A stretch of 64,000 nucleotides of DNA from Syntrophomonadaceae bacterium (GCA_018333865.1 JAGXSE010000065.1:48794-112793), one strand, 5' to 3'. Shown: positions 1-10,161, counted from the stretch's first letter. Numbers and translations are program-made. The notes: generated by a model not told the origin, from the letters alone.

Positions 1-57
1 GCCCAGGGGCTTAAAGAATTAATTGCAGCTTACCGGGAAAAAGAGGGGAATAAATAG
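1..57 (+). CDS. 3' end of an upstream gene (partial, product unknown)
   Basis: Open frame running in from the window edge to TAG at 55-57; too short to assign. Confidence 0.2.
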   Translation, partial: AQGLKELIAAYREKEGNK

Positions 58-91
58 ATGTTCAATTTTAGGATGCAGGTGGTGAGTAATA

Positions 92-205
92 ATGGCAGTA
101 TGGAAGTGTTCTCAATGCGGCTACGAAAAGGACACCAGGTGTAAGCCCCAAAAGTGTCCGGAATGCACCGCGAAGGATTCTTTTGCCAAGAAAGAACAGA
201 AATAA
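92..205 (+). CDS. small zinc-ribbon (rubredoxin-like) protein, 37 aa
   Basis: ATG at 92 preceded by AGGTGGTGA RBS; translation MAVWKCSQCGYEKDTRCKPQKCPECTAKDSFAKKEQK has two CxxC pairs; followed by a strong terminator. Below the 60-aa cutoff of the ORF track. Confidence 0.45.
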   Translation: MAVWKCSQCGYEKDTRCKPQKCPECTAKDSFAKKEQK

Positions 206-220
206 TAGCATTTTTGTTAA

Positions 221-249
221 GGTTGTTTCTGGCGAAACAACCTTTTTTT
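221..249 (+). terminator. rho-independent terminator
   Basis: 9-bp stem GGTTGTTTC/GAAACAACC with a 4-nt loop, followed by TTTTTTT. Confidence 0.55.
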
Positions 250-280
250 CCAAAAAATTAAAAGGAGGACCAGAAATTAA

Positions 281-1237
281 TTGCATTGGGCAATTGGCAT
301 AGATCTCGGTGGTACAAATATAAAGGCAGCGGCGGTAGATGTTTTTGGCCAACCTTTTAACCAGGTGAGGGTTCCAACCCTGGTTGAACAAGGTGTGGAC
401 GGGGTTGTGGAACAGCTAGCTGCCCTGGTAGGTGAACTGTGCGGCCGGGTTCAGGTTGGAGGACCCCCGGTAGGAATCGGCTTGGGGGTGCCTGGAACCG
501 TTGATAGAGAAAATGGTTTTGTGGTCCTGGCCCCCAATCTCAAGTGGCAGGCCGTACCTCTGGGAGAGTTGTTAAACAGAAGATATGATCTGCAAGTGGT
601 TTTTGAAAACGATGCGCAAGCTGCGGCAATAGGCGAACATTGGGCTGGCGCCGGAAAAAGCGTTCGCCACCTGCTGATGGTTACCATCGGCACCGGCATT
701 GGATCTGGCCTGATTTTAAACGGGAGGCCCCACCGTGGCTACACAGGCAGGGGACCTGAATTGGGTCATACCAAACTGCTGCTTGGCCAGGACTGTTTGT
801 GTGGCTGCGGCAATACGGGTTGCATGGAGACCATGGCATCTGGCAGTGCTATGGTCAGAGCCTTGTCAGGAGTCGAGCGGGAGACAGGCGAAAAAACCCT
901 GAATAAACTGAGTAGCAGGAGCATAATTGAAAGATCGGATGCCGGTGAACCTCTGGCCGTTAAGGCAGTTGAACTTGCGATGTTAAGCCTTGGAAGCGCT
1001 ATTGCAAATTTGAGCCTGGCCCTTGACCTGGAGCTTGTCTTGATTGGCGGAGGAGTAGCCGAAGCCGGTGAATATTTGCTAACTTCACTGCGGGAAAAAA
1101 TTACCGGGGCTATGTTCCCATATGCCCCGCCCAGAGTGGAAAAAGGAGCATTGGGTAACTGGGCAGGGGCAATTGGGGCTGCTCGCCTGGCTTTTCCAGA
1201 GGATACAAAAGTTAGCGTTAGAGGAGCAGATCTATGA
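281..1237 (+). CDS. ROK family sugar kinase (glucokinase-like)
   Basis: N-terminal IGIDLGGTNIK ATP-binding motif and a Cys cluster CLCGCGNTGC typical of ROK kinases; TTG start with AAAGGAGGA RBS. Confidence 0.8.
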   Translation: MHWAIGIDLGGTNIKAAAVDVFGQPFNQVRVPTLVEQGVDGVVEQLAALVGELCGRVQVGGPPVGIGLGVPGTVDRENGFVVLAPNLKWQAVPLGELLNRRYDLQVVFENDAQAAAIGEHWAGAGKSVRHLLMVTIGTGIGSGLILNGRPHRGYTGRGPELGHTKLLLGQDCLCGCGNTGCMETMASGSAMVRALSGVERETGEKTLNKLSSRSIIERSDAGEPLAVKAVELAMLSLGSAIANLSLALDLELVLIGGGVAEAGEYLLTSLREKITGAMFPYAPPRVEKGALGNWAGAIGAARLAFPEDTKVSVRGADL

Positions 1238-1839
1238 TCGATAAAATGGTTAAATATGGCAGGGATCTCTATCTGACTGGTCTGGTCACCTCTCATGGCG
1301 GAAATATGAGTTTGCGTATAGATGATAAAATCATGATTACACGGCGGGGAGCCATGTTGGGATACCTGGAATTCCAGGACTTTGTCGAGACTCCCCTGGA
1401 CGCAGAAATTCCGCAGCATCCTCTGGCTTCCCGGGAACTTATTGTCCACCGGGCTATCTATCTTAATTCTTCTGCCCAGGCAGTATTGCATGCCCATCCT
1501 CCTTATACTGTCGCGCTTTCTTTTTCCACCGAATCCATTAAACCCTGCGATTCCGAAGGCCAGTATCTCTTGCCAATTGTTCCTGTCATTGCAGTTGCTG
1601 ATACTGTTGGTTCAAAAGAGGTGGCCGAGGCCTTAGGGCTTTTAGCAGAGCAGCATAAAATCATAGTGGTAAGAGGCCACGGAACATTTGCAGCCGGAAA
1701 GTGTATTGAAGAGGTGCTGCAGTGGACGTCTATTTTAGAGGCCTCATGCAAAATCATGCATCTGCATGAACTATTAGGAGAAACGGTAGCGAGGGGTAAC
1801 GGAAGGGCAGGTGCCGTTGTTAATGGACATCAGACCTGA
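1234..1839 (+). CDS. class II aldolase/adducin family protein
   Basis: 201 aa with GGNMS and His-rich metal-site pattern of fuculose-phosphate-aldolase-like proteins; start overlaps kinase stop (ATGA). Confidence 0.7.
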   Translation: MIDKMVKYGRDLYLTGLVTSHGGNMSLRIDDKIMITRRGAMLGYLEFQDFVETPLDAEIPQHPLASRELIVHRAIYLNSSAQAVLHAHPPYTVALSFSTESIKPCDSEGQYLLPIVPVIAVADTVGSKEVAEALGLLAEQHKIIVVRGHGTFAAGKCIEEVLQWTSILEASCKIMHLHELLGETVARGNGRAGAVVNGHQT

Positions 1840-3028
1840 TTTTTTGCAGGCTGCGTTGAACATTGCCGCAGAAATAATTGAAGTGCGGCGGAAAGTGCAT
1901 CAATACCCTGAACTCGGTTTTGAGGAAAATGAGACAGCCGGATTAATTGCCGGAAAGCTCCAAACAATTGGGCTGGATGTAGTTCAGGGAGTTGGGAAGA
2001 CAGGCGTTGTGGGGCTTCTTCGGGGAGGATTTCCTGGACCCACCCTGGCCGTCAGGGCTGATATGGATGCCTTGCCCATCATGGAAAATACGGGGCTGTC
2101 GTATGCGTCTGTTCGCCCCGGGTTGATGCATGCCTGCGGTCATGATGCCCATATAGCTGTGGTGTTAGGTGCGGCCATGATCTTAAACAGGTTTCGACCT
2201 CTCTTGAGGGGTAACCTGAAATTTATCTTTCAGCCGTGTGAAGAGACACCTCCTGGGGGGGCGCTGGAAATGATCGCCATGGGAGTATTGGGGGACCCCA
2301 AAGTAGACGGGATTCTGGGTTTGCATGTTAATCCGCTGTTGCCTGCTGGCACTATCGGGATAAAACATGGGACGGTTATGGCGGCAGCTGATATGTTTAA
2401 GATTATTATTCGGGGTAAAGGAGGGCATGGAGCAGCTCCCCACCAGGCGGCAGACGCTATAGTAGCTGCTGCGGCAGTAATTCAAGCCCTGCAAACCCTG
2501 GTCAGCAGAAGGGTGGACCCGGTACAGCCGGCGGTTATAACAGTTGGGACAATCGCAGGCGGTAATAAGTCCAATATAATTGCGGATCGGGTAGAAATGA
2601 AGGGAACGGTCCGAACTCTCTGTCCGGAATTACGGGTCCGGCTGCCTGCCCTGATGGAGGAGATTATCAAAAGCTCTGCTCAGGCATATAACACAGAAGC
2701 TGATTTAGCATATGAATTTGGCTATCCCCCGCTGGAGAATAGCCCAGGGATGGTTGAACTGGTTCGGGAAGCCGCATCTTTAGTGGTCGGTCCCGGGAGG
2801 GTTATCGAAGTTCAGCATTCTTCTATGGGCGGTGAAGACTTTGCCTACTTCTTGCGGCATTCTCCCGGCGCTTACTTTTATCTCGGAGTCGGGAAAGATA
2901 ATGCTCCCAATTATCCCTGGCATCACCCCCAATTTGATATCTCAGAAACGGCATTGACTGATGGTGCTGCAACCCTGGCCGCAGCGTCTTTCAACTTCCT
3001 AAACCCCTGTGGGGGATTAATTGGCTGA
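1811..3028 (+). CDS. M20 family amidohydrolase (N-acyl-amino-acid deacylase / hippurate hydrolase type)
   Basis: 405 aa; MHACGHDAH metal-binding motif and overall M20D pattern; overlaps aldolase 3' end. Start could be ATG 1823. Confidence 0.8.
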   Translation: MPLLMDIRPDFLQAALNIAAEIIEVRRKVHQYPELGFEENETAGLIAGKLQTIGLDVVQGVGKTGVVGLLRGGFPGPTLAVRADMDALPIMENTGLSYASVRPGLMHACGHDAHIAVVLGAAMILNRFRPLLRGNLKFIFQPCEETPPGGALEMIAMGVLGDPKVDGILGLHVNPLLPAGTIGIKHGTVMAAADMFKIIIRGKGGHGAAPHQAADAIVAAAAVIQALQTLVSRRVDPVQPAVITVGTIAGGNKSNIIADRVEMKGTVRTLCPELRVRLPALMEEIIKSSAQAYNTEADLAYEFGYPPLENSPGMVELVREAASLVVGPGRVIEVQHSSMGGEDFAYFLRHSPGAYFYLGVGKDNAPNYPWHHPQFDISETALTDGAATLAAASFNFLNPCGGLIG

Positions 3029-3053
3029 AGCTCATTAGAATTGAGGTGTAATT

Positions 3054-4133
3054 ATGAAGTGGCCTTATCCACTTGCTGCTTGTGGGATTGGAAGTCTTCC
3101 TTACCAGGAGCCTGAGCAGGCAATCGAGTTAATCGCACGGTACCTGCCGGAAATCCCTCACTGGCCTCAATTGCCAAAAAGAGGCCATCAGGAACACTTT
3201 ATAAATCAAAACCTATTTATTTTGAAAAAAATTGCTTTGCTGGCAGAGGAGAATGGATCGTCCCCGCGAATGGACCCAGAGGCTCCCGGATGGGTCGATG
3301 GAATTGTAGAGTTCTACGACATCTACCTGGCTGCATCTGAGGGGGATGAAAAGGCTTTGCAGAGCTTTGCTACCCCTGAAGAGGCGGCTGTAGGTTTTTA
3401 TAATTTTTTAGCAGCAATGGCTGACCGGGATCAACGGAAACCTTTAATGGTCAAGACTCAGATCGCCGGCCCTCTGTCGGTGGGCTTAAATATTTATGAT
3501 CCTAAGCGGATACCGGTATATTATCATCACCAATTGCGGGACATCATTTTAAAAACCCTCTCGATGCAGATCAAATGGCAGGTTTCTGAGCTGCAAAAAC
3601 TTGGGCTGCCGGTACTTATTTTTGTAGACGACCCTGCTGTTTCATCTTATGGTGCTTCTGTCTATATTGCATTATCCAAGGAACAAATTATAGAGGATTT
3701 GAAGGAAATAATTCAGGTAATTGAGGCTCTTGGCGTCATTCCTGGTGTTCATTGCTGCGCAGGAGCGGATTGGTCAATTTTTATTGAGGCAGGGTTTCGG
3801 GTAATTAGTTTTGATGCGTATAACTATTTTGATTCTCTCTTGCCGTATATCGCCGAAATTAATGCTTTTCTGGAACAAGGGGGAGTATTGGCTTGGGGCC
3901 TGGTTCCCACCACCGAAGACGCGCTCCGGGAATCCCCTCAGTCCCTGAAAGGGTTCTTCGAGGATAAAATTACACATCTGACTAAAAAAGGTGTCGACCA
4001 ATTGAGACTATACCAGCAGTCGCTGGTGACTCCTGCGTGCGGTCTGGGGACTCTGGACCCTGGGTTGGCGGAACATATTTATCAGGTTAATCTGGAGTTA
4101 TCCAATCTTCTGCGAAGGAGTTTCCCCGGGTAA
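3054..4133 (+). CDS. MetE-like / URO-D-superfamily TIM-barrel protein (putative Zn-dependent methyltransferase)
   Basis: 359 aa; N-terminal GIGSLP and C-terminal HCCAGADW / PACGLG resemble cobalamin-independent methionine synthase catalytic domain proteins; family assignment uncertain. Confidence 0.4.
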   Translation: MKWPYPLAACGIGSLPYQEPEQAIELIARYLPEIPHWPQLPKRGHQEHFINQNLFILKKIALLAEENGSSPRMDPEAPGWVDGIVEFYDIYLAASEGDEKALQSFATPEEAAVGFYNFLAAMADRDQRKPLMVKTQIAGPLSVGLNIYDPKRIPVYYHHQLRDIILKTLSMQIKWQVSELQKLGLPVLIFVDDPAVSSYGASVYIALSKEQIIEDLKEIIQVIEALGVIPGVHCCAGADWSIFIEAGFRVISFDAYNYFDSLLPYIAEINAFLEQGGVLAWGLVPTTEDALRESPQSLKGFFEDKITHLTKKGVDQLRLYQQSLVTPACGLGTLDPGLAEHIYQVNLELSNLLRRSFPG

Positions 4134-4167
4134 TACTTTTCAAAAGGATGTGCTGGAGGAAATAGCC

Positions 4168-5217
4168 ATGTGGGAATATATCGCCAACCTGCATGTTCAT
4201 ACAAATTATTCTGATGGCAGCGGGTCAGTCAGGGATATTGTTCATGCGGCAGAGAATGCCGGTATTGATGTGGTAGGGATAACAGACCATTCAACCTTGG
4301 CGGCTTGGGAAAGAGGAGAAGAGGGTTGGCACGGTGCGGTGTTTGTTCTGGTAGGGGTGGAGATAAACCAGGCTATTAACCACTATCTGGCCTTTGGCAT
4401 CGAAAACCTGGTTGCGGATGATGACGCTTTGCCCCAAAATGTCATTAATAAGGTACACCAAATGGGCGGCATTGGTTTTATAGCGCATCCATATGAAAAG
4501 GGCAGCCCGCTGATAGAATCCGGCCGGAGTTTTCCTTGGACAGACTGGCAGGTTAAGGATTATACCGGCATCTGCATTTGGAATTATACCTCCCAATGGC
4601 GAGACAGCATCAGGTCGGCCTCTGAAGCCCTGTGGAGGGTATATATTGCTCCAAACAATCCCATCAAGTCTGCCTGCCCCGGGGCACTCTGGCGCTGGGA
4701 CCAGGAGAACCTGAAGCGGCAGGTGGTAGCTATAGGCGGTTCTGATGCCCATGCAGTCCAGGTCAAATATGGCCCTTTTAAGCCGGTGATCTTTCCGTAT
4801 GAGTTTTTGTTCAGGTGCATTAATACCCACATCCTTACCGGCACCCCTCTTGCGGGTAATCACCCGAACGACAGGCAGATCCTCCTGACTGCATTAGCCC
4901 AGGGCCATTGTTTTATCGCTTTTGATTATTACTATCCAGCCAGAGGATTTCGCTTTCAGGCTGTAAATGATCACCAGTTGCTGTCTGTAATGGGGGACAC
5001 CTGCCCATTAAGTCCAGGGGTTGCTTTGGAGGTTGCCCTGCCGTATCCGGGTGAAATCAGGTTGATAAAAAACGGCCAGCTGACCGTTGTGCAAAAAGGC
5101 TCGAAAGCGGGATGGAGGATTGCTGAGCCCGGTGTTTACCGGGTTGAGGTATGGAAAAGGGTATATGGCCTTAAGTCCATGGCCTGGATTTATTCCAACC
5201 CCATTTATGTCTGCTAG
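4168..5217 (+). CDS. PHP-domain metal-dependent phosphoesterase
   Basis: NLHVHTNYSDGSG and GITDHS motifs; ATG 4168 chosen over upstream GTG because of GGAGG spacing. Confidence 0.6.
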   Translation: MWEYIANLHVHTNYSDGSGSVRDIVHAAENAGIDVVGITDHSTLAAWERGEEGWHGAVFVLVGVEINQAINHYLAFGIENLVADDDALPQNVINKVHQMGGIGFIAHPYEKGSPLIESGRSFPWTDWQVKDYTGICIWNYTSQWRDSIRSASEALWRVYIAPNNPIKSACPGALWRWDQENLKRQVVAIGGSDAHAVQVKYGPFKPVIFPYEFLFRCINTHILTGTPLAGNHPNDRQILLTALAQGHCFIAFDYYYPARGFRFQAVNDHQLLSVMGDTCPLSPGVALEVALPYPGEIRLIKNGQLTVVQKGSKAGWRIAEPGVYRVEVWKRVYGLKSMAWIYSNPIYVC

Positions 5218-5263
5218 GACAGCCGCCGGTTGATTGCAGCAGACTTGAGGAGGGAGAATATTT

Positions 5264-5683
5264 TTGTTAAATTACCGGAGTTACGCTATGGCTGTGGCAA
5301 TTGGCCTTGCTATATTGCTCTATCTGGCAGCCGGCAGCCTGACTTACCTGAGTTCACCGGAGTATAAAAGGATTTCTCCTCAAGATGCAAAACAGAGACT
5401 GGAGACGGAAAAAACAATCGTGCTTTTGGATGTAAGAACACAGGAAGAACATCAAGAAAAGCGCATTCCGGGCAGCACTTTAATCCCGGTAGATAATCTG
5501 GCGGCGAATGTCTTGAATGTTATCCCCGATAAACAGACAGTTATCATCATATACTGCCGCAGCGGACGCCGCAGCGAGATTGCCGCCAGGATGCTTTTAA
5601 AGCTGGGGTACAGGGAAGTCTTCGATTTAGGCGGCATCAATGACTGGCCTTATGAGGTACAGCAAAATAAATTGCACAAGTAA
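5264..5683 (+). CDS. rhodanese-like domain protein with N-terminal membrane anchor
   Basis: 139 aa; hydrophobic N-terminus then rhodanese active-site loop CRSGRRS. Confidence 0.75.
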   Translation: MLNYRSYAMAVAIGLAILLYLAAGSLTYLSSPEYKRISPQDAKQRLETEKTIVLLDVRTQEEHQEKRIPGSTLIPVDNLAANVLNVIPDKQTVIIIYCRSGRRSEIAARMLLKLGYREVFDLGGINDWPYEVQQNKLHK

Positions 5684-5701
5684 CTTAATGACATGACAAG
5701 C

Positions 5702-5735
5702 AAGAGGGGAGATACCCCCTCTTGAATTTTTTTTT
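5702..5735 (+). terminator. rho-independent terminator
   Basis: Stem AAGAGGGG/CCCCTCTT followed by a 9-T run; separates the rhodanese gene from the dcw cluster. Confidence 0.6.
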
Positions 5736-5830
5736 AGGAATTGCAGGAGTTTTATCGTCTGGGGCGAATACTAAGTGGGGAATAGTGGGTAAAAGTGGGT
5801 CATAAGGCTTGCTTTGTGGGGTGAATTAAC

Positions 5831-6262
5831 ATGTTTATGGGAGAATTCCATCACTCCATCGATGAAAAAGGCCGGTTAACCTTGCCGGCCAGGTTTCGTG
5901 ACGGTCTGGGCGAGCGCTTTGTGATCACCAAAGGGTTGGATAACTGCCTGTTTGTCTATCCCATGGATGAATGGGCCAATCTGGAGCAAAAGCTGCGGGT
6001 CCTGCCATTTACTAATGGCGATGCCAGGGCCTTTGTGCGTTTTTTTCTCTCTGGCGCTGCTGAATGTGAGTTGGACAGGCAGGGAAGAATACTACTCCCC
6101 GCAAACCTGAGGGAATACGGTCAATTGGAAAAAGATGCCGTCGTGATTGGAGTATCTTCCCGGGTGGAAATCTGGGCTAAAGAGGCTTGGGAGGTTTACA
6201 GTCAGAAGGCCCAAATCAACTATGAGGGGCTGGCCGAAAAAATTGTTGATCTTGGTATTTAA
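5831..6262 (+). CDS. mraZ: transcriptional regulator MraZ
   Basis: 143 aa; [16 protein letters not shown] start and duplicated SpoVT/AbrB-like halves; first gene of the dcw cluster. Confidence 0.95.
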   Translation: MFMGEFHHSIDEKGRLTLPARFRDGLGERFVITKGLDNCLFVYPMDEWANLEQKLRVLPFTNGDARAFVRFFLSGAAECELDRQGRILLPANLREYGQLEKDAVVIGVSSRVEIWAKEAWEVYSQKAQINYEGLAEKIVDLGI

Positions 6263-6298
6263 TCACACCGGCTTTTTTGGTTAAGGAGGTGGCAAGGA

Positions 6299-7237
6299 TT
6301 GGAGTTTGCCCATACCCCGGTGCTGCTCAGAGAAACCATTGAGCATTTGAATATTATTCCAGATGGAGTGTATGTTGACTGCACGGTCGGAGGGGCTGGC
6401 CATAGTCATGCCATAGCAAGACGACTTAACCAGTCAGGGGTTTTAGTGGGTATCGATCAGGATCCGGCTGCCATCAGAGCGGCAGGGCAGCAGTTAGCTG
6501 CAAGCGCAGCCAGGGTCCATCTGGTCCATGCCAACTTTTCAGAGGTGTCTGAAGTGTTAAGAGCACTAAACCTAAAGAAAGCAAACGGGTTTATTTTTGA
6601 TTTAGGTGTGTCATCCCATCAGTTGGATGAATTGGAACGAGGATTTGCCTATATGCAGGAGGCCCCCCTGGACATGAGAATGGATCCGGTGCGTCAAACC
6701 AAGACAGCAAAGGATCTGGTCAATAATCTATCTGAAGAAGAAATAGCTCATCTTTTATGGCAATATGGTGAGGAGAGATGGGCTAAGCGGATAGCAGCCT
6801 TTGTTGTTGAGCATAGGGCTCTGTCTCCGGTTGAAACGACCAGTCGCCTGGTAAACATAATTAAGGCCGCTATTCCAAAAGGAGCCAGAAAAGACGGGCC
6901 CCATCCCGCAAAGCGGACTTTTCAGGCCTTACGGATTGCTGTTAACGACGAATTAGAACATCTGAGGAAAGCGTTGGACCAGGTAGCTCATTTTCTGATC
7001 CGGGGCGGCCGCTTATGTGTAATTACTTTCCACTCCCTGGAAGACAGAATAGTGAAACATAAAATCAACGAGTTGGCCAGATCCTGCTCTTGTCCTGGAG
7101 AAATACCTTTTTGTGTGTGCAATCAGGAACCACTATTAAAACCGGTTTTCAGGAAACCGATTGTCCCGTCTGCCGGAGAAATTGCTGAAAATCCCAGAGC
7201 CCGCAGCGCCAAACTGCGGGTAGCTGAGCGGGTATAA
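6299..7237 (+). CDS. rsmH: 16S rRNA (cytosine1402-N4)-methyltransferase RsmH
   Basis: 312 aa; HTPVLL start and GGAGHS SAM motif; position after mraZ. Confidence 0.95.
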   Translation: MEFAHTPVLLRETIEHLNIIPDGVYVDCTVGGAGHSHAIARRLNQSGVLVGIDQDPAAIRAAGQQLAASAARVHLVHANFSEVSEVLRALNLKKANGFIFDLGVSSHQLDELERGFAYMQEAPLDMRMDPVRQTKTAKDLVNNLSEEEIAHLLWQYGEERWAKRIAAFVVEHRALSPVETTSRLVNIIKAAIPKGARKDGPHPAKRTFQALRIAVNDELEHLRKALDQVAHFLIRGGRLCVITFHSLEDRIVKHKINELARSCSCPGEIPFCVCNQEPLLKPVFRKPIVPSAGEIAENPRARSAKLRVAERV

Positions 7238-7272
7238 TTTTTCGTTCTATTTGGTGAGGAGGCAGAATAATT

Positions 7273-7785
7273 ATGTCACTAGCTCAAGCCAAGCAAGATT
7301 ATTCATACCGCTATCAGATTTCGCCGCAAACACAGGATTTGGGACAGCAAAACAGAAAAAAAAGATGCGCTGGGTCGCGGCATGGTCATGTCATTGTATT
7401 CGGTTTCGTGCTGATCTGTTTTGCACTGGGTTTGTCCATTGTGGCCCAAACCGCCAGGCTCAATGCCAAGGGCTATTATCTGTATAAACTGCAAAATGAA
7501 GTGCAAAGTCTAGGGAGAGAGGCAGATATTATCCGGCTGGAAATCGCTCAGATGCGTACCTTAGCAAGGGTAGAAAATATTGCTGTTGCGCAGTTGGGCA
7601 TGCGAAGGCCGGGAACCGCAGACTGGGGTGTATTGCCTGAAAGTCAAAGACTGGAATTGCCAAATCAAGCTGTTGCGTCAGCCTCAGTGTTGCCACCTGG
7701 TCAGAAACCAGTAGCCGGAATGCTGAATAAATTGCTGGCCAGTTGGTTTGGACTCGGGTCGCATGCTAAGGCTTCCGAAAATTAA
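7273..7785 (+). CDS. ftsL: cell division protein FtsL (septum formation initiator family)
   Basis: 170 aa bitopic protein with one TM helix then a coiled-coil-like segment; canonical position between rsmH and the PBP gene. Confidence 0.7.
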   Translation: MSLAQAKQDYSYRYQISPQTQDLGQQNRKKRCAGSRHGHVIVFGFVLICFALGLSIVAQTARLNAKGYYLYKLQNEVQSLGREADIIRLEIAQMRTLARVENIAVAQLGMRRPGTADWGVLPESQRLELPNQAVASASVLPPGQKPVAGMLNKLLASWFGLGSHAKASEN

Positions 7786-7847
7786 AGGCCAACCAGACTA
7801 AGAGTTCTGTTAGGAGCCCGGGCCGAGAGCGGAGGTTAATTGGCGGG

Positions 7848-9998
7848 ATGCTAAGCAAAGTTAATATCAACAAAAGAGTAACCGTCCTATTTCTGCTCTT
7901 AATTGCGGTGTTGTCAGGCCTTAATTTGCGGATGGCATGGATTCAGCTCGTTAAGGGCAGTGAATACCAACAACGCGCGTTGGATAACAGATTGAGGGAG
8001 ATCCCTGTCGAGGCCAAGCGGGGTAAGATTCTTGACCGCAACGATAAAGAACTGGCAGTCAGTATTACTACTCCCTCAATTGGAGCTTTTCCACTTGAGG
8101 TCAGGCGTTCTGGCAAAGCAGAAGAAATTGCGGCAAAACTGGCTCCGCTTTTGGAGTTAACTGAGGATGAAGTATTAAAAAGTATTACCAGGAAAGAGTA
8201 CTTCTGGTGGATTAAGCGGAAAGTGCCTTTTAATGTGGGTGCCATGATTAAAGAGTTGGACCTGCCTGGCATCAGGGTAGTGGAAGAGAGCCAGCGCCAT
8301 TACCCTAACAGTTCCCTTGCCTCTCACATAATTGGGATTGCAGGGATAGACAATCAGGGTTTAGAAGGCCTGGAATGGTTTTATGACAAGGTCTTAAGGG
8401 GTACCACCGGCTACCTTGCGATTGAAAAGGATGCCGGCGGAAGAAGTATTCCCCATGCAAAACACTCTTTCATTCCGCCTACAGATGGAAATACCCTGGT
8501 TTTAACTATTGATGAAACCATTCAGTATATTGTGGAGCGGGAACTTGATAAGCTTTTTAATAGCCCAACTAACCCCAAAGCTGCTACAATTGTAGTAATG
8601 GACCCAAAAACCGGCGACGTTTTGGCCTTGGCCAACCGGCCAACTTTTAACCCAAATAACTTTGCGGCCTACCCTCAGAGAAACCGTCGCAACATAGCGG
8701 TATCCGATGTGTATGAACCAGGCTCAACATTTAAAATAATCACTGCGGCTGCTGCCCTTGAAGAAGGGGTGGTAGCGGAGCAGGAGCGCTTTTACGATCC
8801 GGGTTATATAAGGGTTGGCAGAGAAATAATAAACTGCTGGCGGCGTGGCCGGCCGCACGGCAGCCAATCCTTTGTTGAGGCGGTACTAAATTCCTGCAAC
8901 CCTGCGTTTGTTACGATAGGGTTGCGGCTGGAAGAACGCCGGAGAGGAAGCTTTTACGAATATATTCATGGTTTTGGTTTCGGAAGCCCTACTGGTCTGG
9001 ATTTGAGCGGAGAGGCAAAAGGCCTTTTGCGTCCTGCTGACAGATTGAGACAAATCAATATTGCTACCATTTCAATTGGTCAAGGTATTGCGGTGACACC
9101 TATTCAGCTGGCTACTGCTATGTCTGCCCTGATGAACGATGGTGTGTTAATGAAGCCACGTTTAGTTAAGGAAATCCGGGACAGTGAGGGGAAAGTGGCA
9201 AGAACTTTTGAGCCGAAACCAGTGCGTCAGGTAGTTTCAAAGGAAACAGCATTGCAGATGGCCAGTATTCTGGAACATGTAGTGAGCAGAGGCACCGGCC
9301 GCAGGGCTTACATACCAGGTTACCGTGCTGGTGGGAAAACAGGTACTGCCCAGAAGGTAGAGGGGGGCAAGTATGTTGAAGGCAGGTACATTGCATCTTT
9401 TTTAGGAGTTGCTCCGGTAAATGACCCCAGGCTGGTGTGCCTGGTAATAGTTGATGAACCACAGGGAGTTTATTATGGCGGTGTTGTTGCCGCTCCGATT
9501 TTTAAAAACGTTGTTGAGGATGCCCTGCGGTATTTAAATGTTCCTACTCAGTATGATCCCCGGTCAGAAAGGCCAAAAACAGAACCTCAAGCAGTTGAAG
9601 TGTCGGTGCCAGATGTTAACGGAATGTCCTTGGAAAGAGCGCAGGCTGTAATCAATGCCGCCGGTTTATTGGCTCAGGTTCAAGGCAATGGGCCCATAGT
9701 AATCAATCAGGTTCCGAAAGGTGCAGCAAGGGTAAAAGCAGGTACCAGGGTGATCATCTACGCCGGTTCAGGAGCGGCGGGCGCTGGGTCCCGCTTGGTT
9801 GTGCCAGATGTGACGGGCCGCCGGATCAGTGAATCTGTAATCCTGCTGGAGGCAATGGGACTGAAGCTTTTACCTGAGGGAACCGCGGGCGAGGCTGTTA
9901 AGCAGCACCCTATTCCAGGCACGATAGTTGAGCAGGGGTCTGCGATCAGGGTGAAGTTTCAGGAGCCCCCCCAAGTTGTTGAGAGCATTAGTCCGTAA
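7848..9998 (+). CDS. spoVD: class B penicillin-binding protein with C-terminal PASTA domains (SpoVD/FtsI type)
   Basis: 716 aa; transpeptidase motifs STFK, SCN and KTGT (SxxK/SxN/KTG); two C-terminal PASTA-like repeats; dcw position. Confidence 0.9.
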   Translation: MLSKVNINKRVTVLFLLLIAVLSGLNLRMAWIQLVKGSEYQQRALDNRLREIPVEAKRGKILDRNDKELAVSITTPSIGAFPLEVRRSGKAEEIAAKLAPLLELTEDEVLKSITRKEYFWWIKRKVPFNVGAMIKELDLPGIRVVEESQRHYPNSSLASHIIGIAGIDNQGLEGLEWFYDKVLRGTTGYLAIEKDAGGRSIPHAKHSFIPPTDGNTLVLTIDETIQYIVERELDKLFNSPTNPKAATIVVMDPKTGDVLALANRPTFNPNNFAAYPQRNRRNIAVSDVYEPGSTFKIITAAAALEEGVVAEQERFYDPGYIRVGREIINCWRRGRPHGSQSFVEAVLNSCNPAFVTIGLRLEERRRGSFYEYIHGFGFGSPTGLDLSGEAKGLLRPADRLRQINIATISIGQGIAVTPIQLATAMSALMNDGVLMKPRLVKEIRDSEGKVARTFEPKPVRQVVSKETALQMASILEHVVSRGTGRRAYIPGYRAGGKTGTAQKVEGGKYVEGRYIASFLGVAPVNDPRLVCLVIVDEPQGVYYGGVVAAPIFKNVVEDALRYLNVPTQYDPRSERPKTEPQAVEVSVPDVNGMSLERAQAVINAAGLLAQVQGNGPIVINQVPKGAARVKAGTRVIIYAGSGAAGAGSRLVVPDVTGRRISESVILLEAMGLKLLPEGTAGEAVKQHPIPGTIVEQGSAIRVKFQEPPQVVESISP

Positions 9999-10161
9999 AA
10001 GTTGATAAATGAATCTGAGGCGATGAATATCGCCTCTATTCATAATTGTAGTCTGCCTGGCATTGTATTTAAGTTGCTCAAGGATTAAAATGTGGCTGTG
10101 CAGTGTATAATTTTATTAATGGTCGTTTCTGGAATCATTTCGGGGGGTGAAGAGGTTGGGA

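Noticed and set aside
68-391. 107-aa minus-strand ORF overlapping the zinc-ribbon gene, terminator and ROK kinase start
   Set aside because: Runs antisense through a terminator hairpin and a well-supported gene start; no RBS; low-complexity translation. Treated as a shadow ORF.
766-1497. 243-aa minus-strand ORF antisense to the ROK kinase and aldolase
   Set aside because: Fully overlaps two plus-strand genes with clear family motifs; typical antisense shadow frame.
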